Positions 48,419 through 57,703 of a stretch of DNA of 64,000 nt are shown here, piece after piece (position 1 is the stretch's first letter; the number at the start of each line of letters is the position of its first letter). The stretch lies in contig CAKQKI010000008.1 of assembly GCA_934248055.1 (NCBI GenBank), forward strand, positions 1,835 through 65,834, read 5' to 3'. The translations under genes and the position numbers were made by a program. The notes beneath the pieces are model-generated. The model was not told where the DNA came from. It made no database searches and saw nothing but the letters and a program-made list of their open reading frames with translations. The DNA is from an uncultured Clostridia bacterium. Lineage in GTDB: Bacteria; Bacillota; Clostridia; Christensenellales; Borkfalkiaceae.

Positions 48419-49804
48419 TTACCTCTTTTCGTTATCATATATCTTTTCGTTATCATATATCAGTTGCTTATAAAACAAAGCGGAATCTTTAAGCGTTCTT
48501 TTTTGCGTGGCGTAATCCACGTAAACTAATCCGAACCGCTCGGAATACCCCTTGCCCCACTCGAAATTATCCATCAGCGACCACGCGAAAAATCCGCGTA
48601 CGTCGGCGCCTTCGGTAATTGCTCTGCGCACGTTTTTAAGATATTTTTTGTAAAAATCTATCCTGTAAGAATCGTGAACAAAGCCGTCTTCGCAAATCCA
48701 GTCGTTACAGCAAATGCCGTTTTCGGTAATATATACGGGTAATTTATACCTTTCCCACAGCGTTTTTATAACGAACCATATCGCGCGCGGCGTAACCGAC
48801 CAGTTGAGCGAATTTTTCATTTTACCGAGCGGCTGTTTCGCCACTTTGAATCCGCCGTTCCCGTCGGAAACTATTGCCGAAGCGGAATAACAGTTCTGCG
48901 CGATGAAATCCAGCGGCTGAGATATGAGTTTTCTGTCGTCTTCGCTCATAACGGGCATTTTGTCGCCGAACCGCTCGTACATTTCGGGCGGATATTCGCC
49001 GAGATATATCGGATCGCACCAGTAGCGCAAACTCATGTGCCAGTAATAATCTTCTTTTATCGTAAGAATCGACTTCGTTGCCGCTTCTATATCTTCTTTC
49101 GAATCGGTAAGCGGAAAATCGGCGTCGGTAGACATCGTAATACCTGTTTTTGCGTCGGGAACGGCTTCTCTTATCGCCTTGACGGCGTAACCGTGCGCGC
49201 GGAAAAAGTTATGCGAAGCGCGTAGCCATTCTTTCACGTCGAGTTTAAGCCCCGGAGCGTGCCGCCCCGAATGATGCCCTGCGGGCAAAAAACTCTGCGG
49301 CTCGTTGAACGTTATAAAATATTTAACTCTGTCGCCGTAAGTTTTTGCTATAAAACGCGCGTATTCCCCGAAAATTTCAGGCACTTCGTCGTTCAGCCAA
49401 CCGCCTTTGCGATATACCCAGGAAGGCATATCCCAGTGAAATAAAGTGATGAACGGTATAATATCGTTTGCGATAAGTTCGTTTATAAGGTCGTTATAAA
49501 ATTTAACCCCTTTTTCGTTAGGAATTCCGCTGTCGTCGGGAAAAACGCGCGGCCAGGAAACAGAAAACCGATAGGCTTTCAATCCCATTTTTTTCATAAT
49601 GGCAACGTCTTCTTTATAACGATTTACGTGATCGCACGCAACGTCGCCGTCAGAGCCGTCTAAGATATTACCTTCTCGTCGGCAATAATCGTCCCAGATG
49701 CAGTCGCCGCGCCCCTGCCTGTCGCCTTCGATCTGAAACGAAGCGGTAGCCGCGCCGAACAAAAAGCCTTTAGGAAAAATCAATTCGTTATCCACGTCGT
49801 TCAC
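48419..49804 (-). CDS. GH1 beta-glucosidase/6-phospho-beta-glycosidase family enzyme
   Basis: 461 aa. TFNEP (acid/base) and ITENG (nucleophile). The C-terminus carries a duplicated IYDNEK. Confidence 0.92.
   Translation of the reverse strand: MNDVDNELIFPKGFLFGAATASFQIEGDRQGRGDCIWDDYCRREGNILDGSDGDVACDHVNRYKEDVAIMKKMGLKAYRFSVSWPRVFPDDSGIPNEKGVKFYNDLINELIANDIIPFITLFHWDMPSWVYRKGGWLNDEVPEIFGEYARFIAKTYGDRVKYFITFNEPQSFLPAGHHSGRHAPGLKLDVKEWLRASHNFFRAHGYAVKAIREAVPDAKTGITMSTDADFPLTDSKEDIEAATKSILTIKEDYYWHMSLRYWCDPIYLGEYPPEMYERFGDKMPVMSEDDRKLISQPLDFIAQNCYSASAIVSDGNGGFKVAKQPLGKMKNSLNWSVTPRAIWFVIKTLWERYKLPVYITENGICCNDWICEDGFVHDSYRIDFYKKYLKNVRRAITEGADVRGFFAWSLMDNFEWGKGYSERFGLVYVDYATQKRTLKDSALFYKQLIYDNEKIYDNEKR
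48425..48460. repeat. Perfect 18-bp tandem duplication inside the GH1 3' end
   Basis: CTTTTCGTTATCATATAT x2 at 48425-48442 and 48443-48460. Confidence 0.95.
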
Positions 49805-49813
49805 TCCCGGAAT

Positions 49814-50887
49814 TTAATACTTTACCGGCATGGAACTGCCTGCGTACAACTGTTCGATAAGACTTACTATTTTCCGCGCCATACCGAGCGTTACGTACGT
49901 TTCGCGCCCTTCGCTCAATTTAAAATATAAATCCTTGTAAAATTCTGCCGTTCCAACGTCAAACGCCGTGCCGTCGTATTTTCCGCTCAGTGAGTGCGCG
50001 GCAAGATTTTCGCCGCAATATTTCGGATTTCCGTTTTCGTCCTGAAGTATTCCTTCTATCACGGGTCTTGCGGGATTTTCTCCGTCTAAGATATATTTGA
50101 CTTCGTAATTCGTCGTGCTGCATCTGAACGTGCCGCGACTGCCTTGTATTTTCAGGTTATATCCCGAAAACGCGTCGGTATTGTTTATTTCCACGTCCAC
50201 TACGGGCTTCCCGGGGGCGGTCAGTATCACCTTGCAATAATCGTCGGAATCTCCGCTTGACATAGGCGTGTGCCGCAAACGCGAAAACGCAACCTTCCAT
50301 TCGTCGTCGAAATCAAGAAAGCCGAGCGCCATTCCGAACGGATGCGGTCCCGTGTTGAAAGCGTTTCCCGCCATTTTCTTTTGCAGCGTCTGCCAGTCCC
50401 AACGACGCGCGAAAGTGTTATAGCGAATACTTACCTGCAATACGTCGCCTATTTCTTTTTCTTTTATAACGCGCAGCGCGTCGCGGTAAAACGGAGCGTA
50501 AAAAGTTTGCTGAAACACCGCCAGCGTAACTCCCTTTTCTTTTGCGAGATTAGTGAGAATATCGCATTCGTAACGATCGCGGACGAAAGGCTTTTCGCAC
50601 AATACGTTAAACCCGTTTTCAAGCAGATTTTTAGTGATTTCGAAGTGCATATCCGAAAAAGAAGCGTTCACCACCAAATCTATATCCTGTTTTTCAAACA
50701 ATTCTTTATAGTCGGAAAGAACTTCGCACCCTTCGTAACGGGTTTTTGAAATTTCACGGCGGCGCTTATCCGCTTCCACCACGTATTTCACGTTAAAATA
50801 CTCGTTTTTTTCGGAAATATAATATTTTCCGTGAATATCTTTACCGCTTCTGCCTTGCCCTATTATTGCTAAATTTAACTTTTTCAT
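49814..50887 (-). CDS. Gfo/Idh/MocA family oxidoreductase
   Basis: 357 aa. N-terminal Rossmann IIGQGRSG and EKP motif (LCEKPF). Confidence 0.8.
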   Translation of the reverse strand: MKKLNLAIIGQGRSGKDIHGKYYISEKNEYFNVKYVVEADKRRREISKTRYEGCEVLSDYKELFEKQDIDLVVNASFSDMHFEITKNLLENGFNVLCEKPFVRDRYECDILTNLAKEKGVTLAVFQQTFYAPFYRDALRVIKEKEIGDVLQVSIRYNTFARRWDWQTLQKKMAGNAFNTGPHPFGMALGFLDFDDEWKVAFSRLRHTPMSSGDSDDYCKVILTAPGKPVVDVEINNTDAFSGYNLKIQGSRGTFRCSTTNYEVKYILDGENPARPVIEGILQDENGNPKYCGENLAAHSLSGKYDGTAFDVGTAEFYKDLYFKLSEGRETYVTLGMARKIVSLIEQLYAGSSMPVKY

Positions 50888-51044
50888 TATTAACTCCTGT
50901 TTAACTTAATTGCATTATAACCGAAAATAAATCAAATGTACATATATAAAACTACATATTACATTAACAAAACTACCGTATTCGGTTGACTTTTTGCGTT
51001 ATTTATTCTATACTTTAAAAAAACTCGGTACTGGGATTAACGTT

Positions 51045-51848
51045 ATGAAAAAAAACAATTATAAATCGAGCGCGCCGTCGTTGGATTTTTATTACAATCA
51101 AAGCACGCTGGTTTCGGAATGCTCTTACGCGACGCATTGCCATAACGCGTACGAAATACTTTTTTTATTGTCGGGCACGGCAACAATATTGACCGAAGGG
51201 CGAACTTATCCGATTAAAAAATACGACCTTGTCATTACGCGACCCATGAGTTTTCATAGTATCGACATTTACGGCTCGCAAAAATATAACAGAATAAATA
51301 TTTTAGTAAATTCGAGTAAACAGTTGATACGGCTTCTTAACGCGCTGTCGCATAACCTTGAAGTAATCAACTGCGAAAATATCCCTACGATTATAGATTG
51401 TTTCAAAAAAATGGAAACTTACAACAAGCATTTTCCGATTGAAGATTTCAACGTTTTACTGAACAATCTGCTCGTGGAAGTATGCTATAATCTTCTGATG
51501 CGCGAATCCGTTATCGAGCAGGAATTTTCAACTTCGTCCAAAACGATAACGGACGCTCTCGAATACATAAACAAAAATCTTTTCGATATTAAAGACGTAA
51601 CGGACGTGTGCAGGCATTTATACGTTTCAGAAACTCATCTTTTCCGTTTGTTCAAACAGGAAGTAAGAACGTCGCCCAAAAAATATATTACGACAAAACG
51701 CTTGCTTTACGCGCAGAAACTGCTTTCCGAAGGCGAAAAGCCCACTGCGATTTTCAACAAGTGCGGTTTTAACAATTATATCTCGTTTTATCAGCGTTAT
51801 CTTGATTTTTTCGGCTATCCCCCGTCGGACGAGCCTGTCAAACCCTGA
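51045..51848 (+). CDS. AraC/XylS family transcriptional regulator
   Basis: C-terminal double HTH. The start at 51045 (MKKNNYKSS) is likelier than 50994. The 3' end overlaps convergent nagA by 11 nt. Confidence 0.75.
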   Translation: MKKNNYKSSAPSLDFYYNQSTLVSECSYATHCHNAYEILFLLSGTATILTEGRTYPIKKYDLVITRPMSFHSIDIYGSQKYNRINILVNSSKQLIRLLNALSHNLEVINCENIPTIIDCFKKMETYNKHFPIEDFNVLLNNLLVEVCYNLLMRESVIEQEFSTSSKTITDALEYINKNLFDIKDVTDVCRHLYVSETHLFRLFKQEVRTSPKKYITTKRLLYAQKLLSEGEKPTAIFNKCGFNNYISFYQRYLDFFGYPPSDEPVKP

Positions 51849-52986
51849 CCTTTTTCCCGCCTACGAAAACGCTTTTGACGTTTATATCTTCGTCGAAAAC
51901 TATAACGTCGGCGTCCTTGCCTTGCGATAATTCGCCTTTATCGAGTTTAAGAATTTCGGCGGGAACGCTCGTTACGGTTTTTACCGCAGACAAAACGTCG
52001 TAACCGCAATCTTTAACAAGAACTCTTACGAGTTTATCCGCCGTAGCGACGCTTCCCGCAAAAGCCGAGCGATCTTTAAGTTTGCAAACGCCGTCTTCTA
52101 CTATAAACGGAGTGCCGCTCATCACACCTTCTTTTATATCGGTATCGGTAATTTCAAGACTGTCGGTAACCGCAACCACTTTGTTTATCCCTTTGATTTT
52201 TATAATCATTTTAATCAGTTCCGACGGCAGATGTTTTCCGTCCGCGATGATTTCAACGTATAATTCGTCTCTTAAAAACGCGCTTTCGATAACGCCGGGA
52301 TAACGGAAACCGTGATCGCGCGTGACGGTTGACGTGCAGGAATAAAGGTGCGTTATAAGATTACAACCGTTATCTATTGCGGTTTTCATATCGTCGTAAC
52401 GGGCGTCCGTATGCCCCGCCGAAGCGATTATTCCGCAAGAAACGATATATTTGCAAAAAGCCCCGTTCTTGTCCTTTTCGGGCGCGTAAGTCCAACGAAC
52501 AATGCCGTTTTTGTATTCTTCTACGAGTTTTTTATAATCGGCTTCGATCGGGTCTGTGATAAAAGCGGGGCATTGCGCTCCGCATCGGCTCGCCGAAAGA
52601 TAAGGGCCTTCGAGATGCGCGCCTAAAATATTGCTCATCGAATTTTTATCTTTCATCGCCGCCGATATATTCGCAACGGCTTTTTTCATATTCTCAAAAG
52701 AAGCAGCCGAAATCGTAGGCGCGATGGAAGTAGTTCCGTGCCGCAAATGAACGTTTGCGCCGCGAACCACGTCTTCTGCCGTTCCGTTCACGAACGGAAA
52801 GCCGCCGCCTCCGTGCGTATGAATATCTATAAACCCCGCGGAAACGAAAAAATCGGTAAAATCATACTTTTCGTCCGCCGATTTCCGCTTTGCGGTTACG
52901 CTGTCTATTTTTTCTTTGTCGAGATAAACGTAACCGTCGAAAATCCCGTCGGGCGTTAATATTTTGTTGCTTTTTATTTCAATCAT
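51838..52986 (-). CDS. nagA: N-acetylglucosamine-6-phosphate deacetylase
   Basis: 382 aa. Amidohydrolase motifs DIHTHGG, HLEGP and AGHTDA. Confidence 0.85.
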   Translation of the reverse strand: MIEIKSNKILTPDGIFDGYVYLDKEKIDSVTAKRKSADEKYDFTDFFVSAGFIDIHTHGGGGFPFVNGTAEDVVRGANVHLRHGTTSIAPTISAASFENMKKAVANISAAMKDKNSMSNILGAHLEGPYLSASRCGAQCPAFITDPIEADYKKLVEEYKNGIVRWTYAPEKDKNGAFCKYIVSCGIIASAGHTDARYDDMKTAIDNGCNLITHLYSCTSTVTRDHGFRYPGVIESAFLRDELYVEIIADGKHLPSELIKMIIKIKGINKVVAVTDSLEITDTDIKEGVMSGTPFIVEDGVCKLKDRSAFAGSVATADKLVRVLVKDCGYDVLSAVKTVTSVPAEILKLDKGELSQGKDADVIVFDEDINVKSVFVGGKKVRV

Positions 52987-53744
52987 AATAAGCCCGCGCT
53001 GTCGGAATCGAGATACAATACCGCGTTTTCCTTAGTTCTGAGAATACTTGCCGGGCAATGCTCGTCCACTTTGCCGTTTATCGTTTCGTAAACCGCACGC
53101 GCTTTCGTTTTGGCAGGCACTATGCAAAACAGATACGGCGCGGCAACGAGCGCGGGAACGGTTAAGGTCATGGCGTGAGTGGGAACGTCGTTTATATTTT
53201 CAAAGCAACCGTCGTTCACTTGCTGACGACGGCAGATTTCGTCGAGTTTAACGGGCTTTACGAGTCTTTTATCGTGAAAATCCGCAACGGGCGGATCGTT
53301 GAACGCGATATGCCCGTTTTCGCCTATGCCCATTATAACTATATCGGCAGGGTTTTCAGACAGTAATTTTCCGTATCTTTCGGCTTCTTTATCGGGGTTT
53401 TCGGCAGATATATCTATATAATTCACGCTTTTAAACGGGACTAAACCGAAAATATGTTTTTTTAAGAAATTGCCGAATCCTTGCGGCGCGTTTTTATTAA
53501 GACCTATATATTCGTCCATGTGATAGGCGTTAATTCTGTTCCATTCTGTTTCTTTATCTTCCGTTAAAGCCTTTAACACATCGTTTTGCGACGGCGCGGC
53601 GGCAAAAATTACGTTTATTTCGCTCTTGCGGGACAACAAGTCTGCAATTCTGTTTTTTATGTCAGTCGCCGCGCTTTCGCCCATCAGCACTCTGTTTTCG
53701 AATATTTTAACCTGCAGTTTATCCGCAAAAAAAGATTTAATCAT
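52983..53744 (-). CDS. nagB: Glucosamine-6-phosphate deaminase
   Basis: 253 aa. YHMDEY and GIGENGHIAFNDP. Confidence 0.9.
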   Translation of the reverse strand: MIKSFFADKLQVKIFENRVLMGESAATDIKNRIADLLSRKSEINVIFAAAPSQNDVLKALTEDKETEWNRINAYHMDEYIGLNKNAPQGFGNFLKKHIFGLVPFKSVNYIDISAENPDKEAERYGKLLSENPADIVIMGIGENGHIAFNDPPVADFHDKRLVKPVKLDEICRRQQVNDGCFENINDVPTHAMTLTVPALVAAPYLFCIVPAKTKARAVYETINGKVDEHCPASILRTKENAVLYLDSDSAGLL

Positions 53745-54595
53745 TATAACTCCTTTAGTAATTTATAAAATTTTTCCGCGTCGTCGTCGAACGCCGCCTG
53801 CTGCGTTTCGTATTTATACGGATTTTCAAAAGTTTTTCCTACCAGCGCGTTAAGACCCGCAAACGTTTGCAAATGCGGTTCGAGCGTAACGAAAACGTCT
53901 TTTTCATAACTTTCGGAAAAATCTTTCAGAATTTCTTTTATCGACGCCTGCCCTTTACCCGCGGGAACTATCGCGCCTTCGTAAAGCGCGTCTTTTATAT
54001 GAAAATATTCTATGTGTTTTTTGAGCGGAAAATAGGCGTCGGGAAAAGGTTTGAAACCGTCTAAAACGAAGTTGCCCATATCGAACACACATTTCAGTTT
54101 TCCGCCTGCCGCTTCAAGTAAATCAAGGCAATTTGCAGGACTTTCTCCGTAAATTCCCGCTTCGTTTTCGTGACAGAGCGTTAAATCGTATTTATCCGCA
54201 AGGTCGATGAGTTTTCCGACAGCGTCGATAACTCTGTCTCTGAACGCTTCCGCTTTCTGACCTTTCGGAATATAAAAACTGAAAATCCTTACGTTTTTCG
54301 CGTTAAAATATTTCGCGGTTTCGAAAACGCGTTCGGCAAGACGCAAATGCCCAGCAATATCTCCGTCAATCGGTATTTTACCTATCGGAGAGCCTATCGC
54401 CGAAACCGACACGCCGTTTTCATCGAAAGCGCGCTTAACGGCAATTTTGTCGCTTTTTGTAAATTCCGAAACGTTTTTGCCGTTGCAGTGCCTTAATTCG
54501 ACGTATCTTATGCCGTGTTTTTTCAACGCCGCAATCTGCAAATTCAAATCGTCGGAATATTCGTCGATAAAAGCCGCTACTTTATATTCCGCCAT
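53744..54595 (-). CDS. Xylose-isomerase-like TIM-barrel protein (sugar phosphate isomerase/epimerase family)
   Basis: 283 aa. It has the pattern typical of the AP_endonuc_2 fold (HENE..., LEPH...). Confidence 0.7.
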   Translation of the reverse strand: MAEYKVAAFIDEYSDDLNLQIAALKKHGIRYVELRHCNGKNVSEFTKSDKIAVKRAFDENGVSVSAIGSPIGKIPIDGDIAGHLRLAERVFETAKYFNAKNVRIFSFYIPKGQKAEAFRDRVIDAVGKLIDLADKYDLTLCHENEAGIYGESPANCLDLLEAAGGKLKCVFDMGNFVLDGFKPFPDAYFPLKKHIEYFHIKDALYEGAIVPAGKGQASIKEILKDFSESYEKDVFVTLEPHLQTFAGLNALVGKTFENPYKYETQQAAFDDDAEKFYKLLKEL

Positions 54596-55473
54596 TATAC
54601 CGAAAACTCCCTTACTTTTTCTTCGTTTCCGCTGTCGAGCGAACGCTGAATGGCGTTCATAACGAAAACGGGCGCGATAAAATCTTTGAAATCGGCAACT
54701 TGTTTTTCTCCCGATAAAATCCGATAAAATTCGTCGAACTCTTCTTTAAAGCAGGGGTTTGAACCGTTTACGGTGAAACTAGACCCTTTCACGTCGTTTT
54801 CTACTACCCGCATCGCGTAATAACAATTATAACTTTCGTCAACAAACAACCCTATAACGTCGTACCGCTCGTAACGGAATACGACCGTAAGTTTTTTACC
54901 GTTTAAATAGGACTTTACGGACTTCGGGTATCTTCCGAATATTTCGCCCGCTATTTCGACAAGGTGTTGCGCGTAAAAAAACAATCCGCCGTTTACGTTG
55001 TTGATACTCATCGGACATCTTACGAAGCCGCCTATCGTTTCTCCGCCGATTTTATTAACGGCGTCGCTTTTCAATTCTTTTACGAACGCGTCGAACCTGC
55101 ACGAAGACCCGCCCGTGATTTTAACGCCGTTTTTTATACACGCTTCTGCAAATTCCAGCGCGTCCGATTCGCTTACGGTAACGGGCTTATCCATAAAAAC
55201 GACCATGTTTTTGCGAAGATAAGGAAGCGCGTACTTTAAATGATTATCGCCGTGCCTTGCCGTTACCACGATGCCGTCTACCTTTCCCACGGCGTCGGAA
55301 TAATCGTCAAGAACGGGAACGCCGTACTTTTCGGCAAGTTTTTCGGCGGCGCTTCTGTCATGACTGTAAACGCCCGCGATTTCCACGTCGCCGTACGCAG
55401 GGTCGCTTTTAATAAAGTTTATAAACGTGGCGGAATGTGAATTTTCACATCCTAAAAATACTATTCTTTTCAT
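54595..55473 (-). CDS. Gfo/Idh/MocA-like oxidoreductase (short form)
   Basis: 292 aa. N-terminal Rossmann-like segment and MDKP in place of EKP. Confidence 0.6.
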   Translation of the reverse strand: MKRIVFLGCENSHSATFINFIKSDPAYGDVEIAGVYSHDRSAAEKLAEKYGVPVLDDYSDAVGKVDGIVVTARHGDNHLKYALPYLRKNMVVFMDKPVTVSESDALEFAEACIKNGVKITGGSSCRFDAFVKELKSDAVNKIGGETIGGFVRCPMSINNVNGGLFFYAQHLVEIAGEIFGRYPKSVKSYLNGKKLTVVFRYERYDVIGLFVDESYNCYYAMRVVENDVKGSSFTVNGSNPCFKEEFDEFYRILSGEKQVADFKDFIAPVFVMNAIQRSLDSGNEEKVREFSV

Positions 55474-55483
55474 AATATCACCT

Positions 55484-56464
55484 TTAAATTTTAATTTCTT
55501 TTCCTTCCGATTCGTATAATTTAAGCAAAAGTGTAACTACCTTTTTCGCTTCGTTAAAATCTATATCGAATTTTTCGCCGTTTTTCAACGCCTTGTAAAA
55601 CTTGTCTATAAGAACGATATGCCCCGCTCCCCAGACTTCTTTGCCGAAAAGCGGAAGCCCGTCGCTTTTAGTTAAAAAGTTTCCGTTCAGTATAATATTG
55701 TCGTTCACGATAACCGCCGTATCTTTTGCCGAATGCAACATAATGGTTATAGGAAAACTCGTGGTTGCGGAGTTGGTGGCGTTTAAAATAAACCGACCAC
55801 CGTTTTTAAGATTGAATATTCCGAACGCGCTCTCTTCCACGTCGATAACGTCTTTTAACGTGTCGCAGGAAGTATGCCCTATAACCGACGAAGGCATGCC
55901 GCACAGCCATTGCAGTATATCGAGAGTATGCAGCGCCTGATTGATAACCACACCGCCGCCTTCGGTTTTTTTCTTTCCGCGCCACTCTTCGCTTTCATAA
56001 TAAGCCTTATCGCGCTGCCAGCATAAATAACCGCTTGCCGCCGTTATTTCTTTATCTTTAAAGTAATCTTTTATAAATCGCATCGATTCTTTATATCGAT
56101 TTTGCTGACAAACTCCGAGTTGCGCCACAGACCCGTTTACCGATCGCTCTATCCTGCTTAACTGCCCGAAGTCGATTGCCACGGGCTTTTCGCATAAAAC
56201 GTTTATATTTCTGTCAAGCGCAAAACATATCATTTCGGCGTGCAGATAATGCGGCGTGCAGATATGCACCGCGTCTAAATTTTCACGCAAAAGCATTTCT
56301 TTATAGTCTTCATACGCTTTTGCGTCAAGCCCGAATTTTCGGTTTGCGGACAAGCACCTGTCGATTTTTATATCGCAAAGCGCGGTTATGTTTTGCCCCG
56401 CTTTTAACAGCGCGGGGATATGAATACGGGCGATAGCGCCTATACCGATAATTCCTACTTTCAT
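55484..56464 (-). CDS. Gfo/Idh/MocA family oxidoreductase
   Basis: 326 aa. IIGIGAIARIH and CEKP. Confidence 0.8.
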   Translation of the reverse strand: MKVGIIGIGAIARIHIPALLKAGQNITALCDIKIDRCLSANRKFGLDAKAYEDYKEMLLRENLDAVHICTPHYLHAEMICFALDRNINVLCEKPVAIDFGQLSRIERSVNGSVAQLGVCQQNRYKESMRFIKDYFKDKEITAASGYLCWQRDKAYYESEEWRGKKKTEGGGVVINQALHTLDILQWLCGMPSSVIGHTSCDTLKDVIDVEESAFGIFNLKNGGRFILNATNSATTSFPITIMLHSAKDTAVIVNDNIILNGNFLTKSDGLPLFGKEVWGAGHIVLIDKFYKALKNGEKFDIDFNEAKKVVTLLLKLYESEGKEIKI

Positions 56465-56476
56465 ATTTTCTCCGAA

Positions 56477-57307
56477 TCACACTCCGCTGTATGCCGAAAA
56501 CCCGCCGTCCACGCAAATAATCGTTCCCGTTACGAAGCCGCTCGCTTCTTCGCTGCAAAGCCAGAGAAGGCAGCCTGTAAGATCGCTTATTTTCCCGAAT
56601 CTTCTCATAGGCGTTGCGGAAAGAATTTTATTAGTTCTTGCCGTGGGCGTTCCGTCGTCGTTATATAAAAGCCCTTTGTTCTGATTCGTTACGAAAAACC
56701 CGGGAGCAATCGCGTTGCAACGGATATTGCACGGCGCGAAATGTACCGCCAGCCACTCGGTGAAATTCGATATTCCCGCTTTCGCCGCGGAATACGCGGG
56801 AATTTTAGTAAGCGGCCGAAAGGCGTTCATAGACGAAACGTTGATTATGTTTCCGCCCGTTTTTACCATTCCTTCCGCAAATACCTGCGTAACCAGAAAC
56901 GCCGACGTGATATTAAGATCGAAAACGAATTTCAGCCCGCTCTCGTCAAGCGCGAAAAAGTCCTTTACTCCTTCGGTGTCGGGAAACATATACTCGTTGT
57001 CGCAAGTGGCTCGGGGATTGTTTCCGCCCGCGCCGTTTATAAGTATATCTACTTTTTTAAAAGCCCCCGTAACGCTGTTATAAGCAGATTTTATACTCTC
57101 TTTATCCAGACAGTTACAGCGAACGGCAAGCGCGTTTTCACCGAGTTCTTCGGCGAGTTTTTCAGCCGCGTCGTAATTTATATCGAGAAGCGCAACGTTC
57201 GCTCCGCATTCGTATAACGCCTTTGCGAACTCGCCGCAAATAACTCCGCCCGCGCCCGTAACGGCAACCGTTTTTCCTTTTAAATCTATTTTGAAAGGCA
57301 GTTTCAT
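56477..57307 (-). CDS. Short-chain dehydrogenase/reductase (SDR)
   Basis: 276 aa. TGAGGVIG, NGAG and YSAAK catalytic motifs. Confidence 0.85.
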   Translation of the reverse strand: MKLPFKIDLKGKTVAVTGAGGVICGEFAKALYECGANVALLDINYDAAEKLAEELGENALAVRCNCLDKESIKSAYNSVTGAFKKVDILINGAGGNNPRATCDNEYMFPDTEGVKDFFALDESGLKFVFDLNITSAFLVTQVFAEGMVKTGGNIINVSSMNAFRPLTKIPAYSAAKAGISNFTEWLAVHFAPCNIRCNAIAPGFFVTNQNKGLLYNDDGTPTARTNKILSATPMRRFGKISDLTGCLLWLCSEEASGFVTGTIICVDGGFSAYSGV

Positions 57308-57396
57308 TTTCTTTCTCCCGTTAAACGTTTTCGTTGCGGCTTAAAACCGCTCTGAATATGCCCCGCCGGACATATATTCCGATGTTGTTTTTGTTT

Positions 57397-57425
57397 ATTA
57401 TATCATCGGAATTCGGATAAGTCTA
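57397..57425 (-). promoter_or_regulatory. Candidate sigma-A promoter for the SDR-to-nagA operon
   Basis: On the minus strand: TAGACT (57425-57420), 17-nt spacer, TATAAT (57402-57397). Confidence 0.3.
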
Positions 57426-57513
57426 TAAAGATTTTTCCCATTATAATTAAAAAAAATTCCCACATAACGGTTTTGCGGGCGATACACATTTTTTCGTTTT
57501 AAGCCCAATTCGA

Positions 57514-57654
57514 TAAAAATAAACCGCGACAAAAAAAAGCCGCGACAAAAAAAACCGCGGTGACAAAATTAACCACGGCGGTAAAAATAAACTGCGCGAC
57601 AAAAAAAGCCGCGGTAAAAACCGCGCGACAAAAATAAGCCGCGCAACAAAAAAA
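57514..57654. repeat. Array of eight degenerate 14-18-bp units (A5-8 tract plus CCGCG/GCGCG core)
   Basis: Units read directly: AAAAATAAACCGCGAC, AAAAAAAAGCCGCGAC, AAAAAAAACCGCGGTGAC, AAAATTAACCACGGCGGT, AAAAATAAACTGCGCGAC, AAAAAAAGCCGCGGT, AAAAACCGCGCGAC, AAAAATAAGCCGCGCAAC. Confidence 0.85.
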
Positions 57655-57687
57655 CGCCCCGAAAGCCATTATCCTGCTTTCAGGGCG
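57648..57687 (-). terminator. Rho-independent terminator of the 530-aa gene
   Basis: On the minus strand: CGCCCTGAAAGC-AGGATAATG-GCTTTCGGGGCG followed by TTTTTTT. Confidence 0.7.
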
Positions 57688-57703
57688 CGTTCTTTTATTG
57701 AAT

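Noticed and set aside
57514-57654. Possible CRISPR array
   Set aside because: The period is only 14-18 bp, there are no distinct spacers, the units are degenerate, and no cas genes are present.
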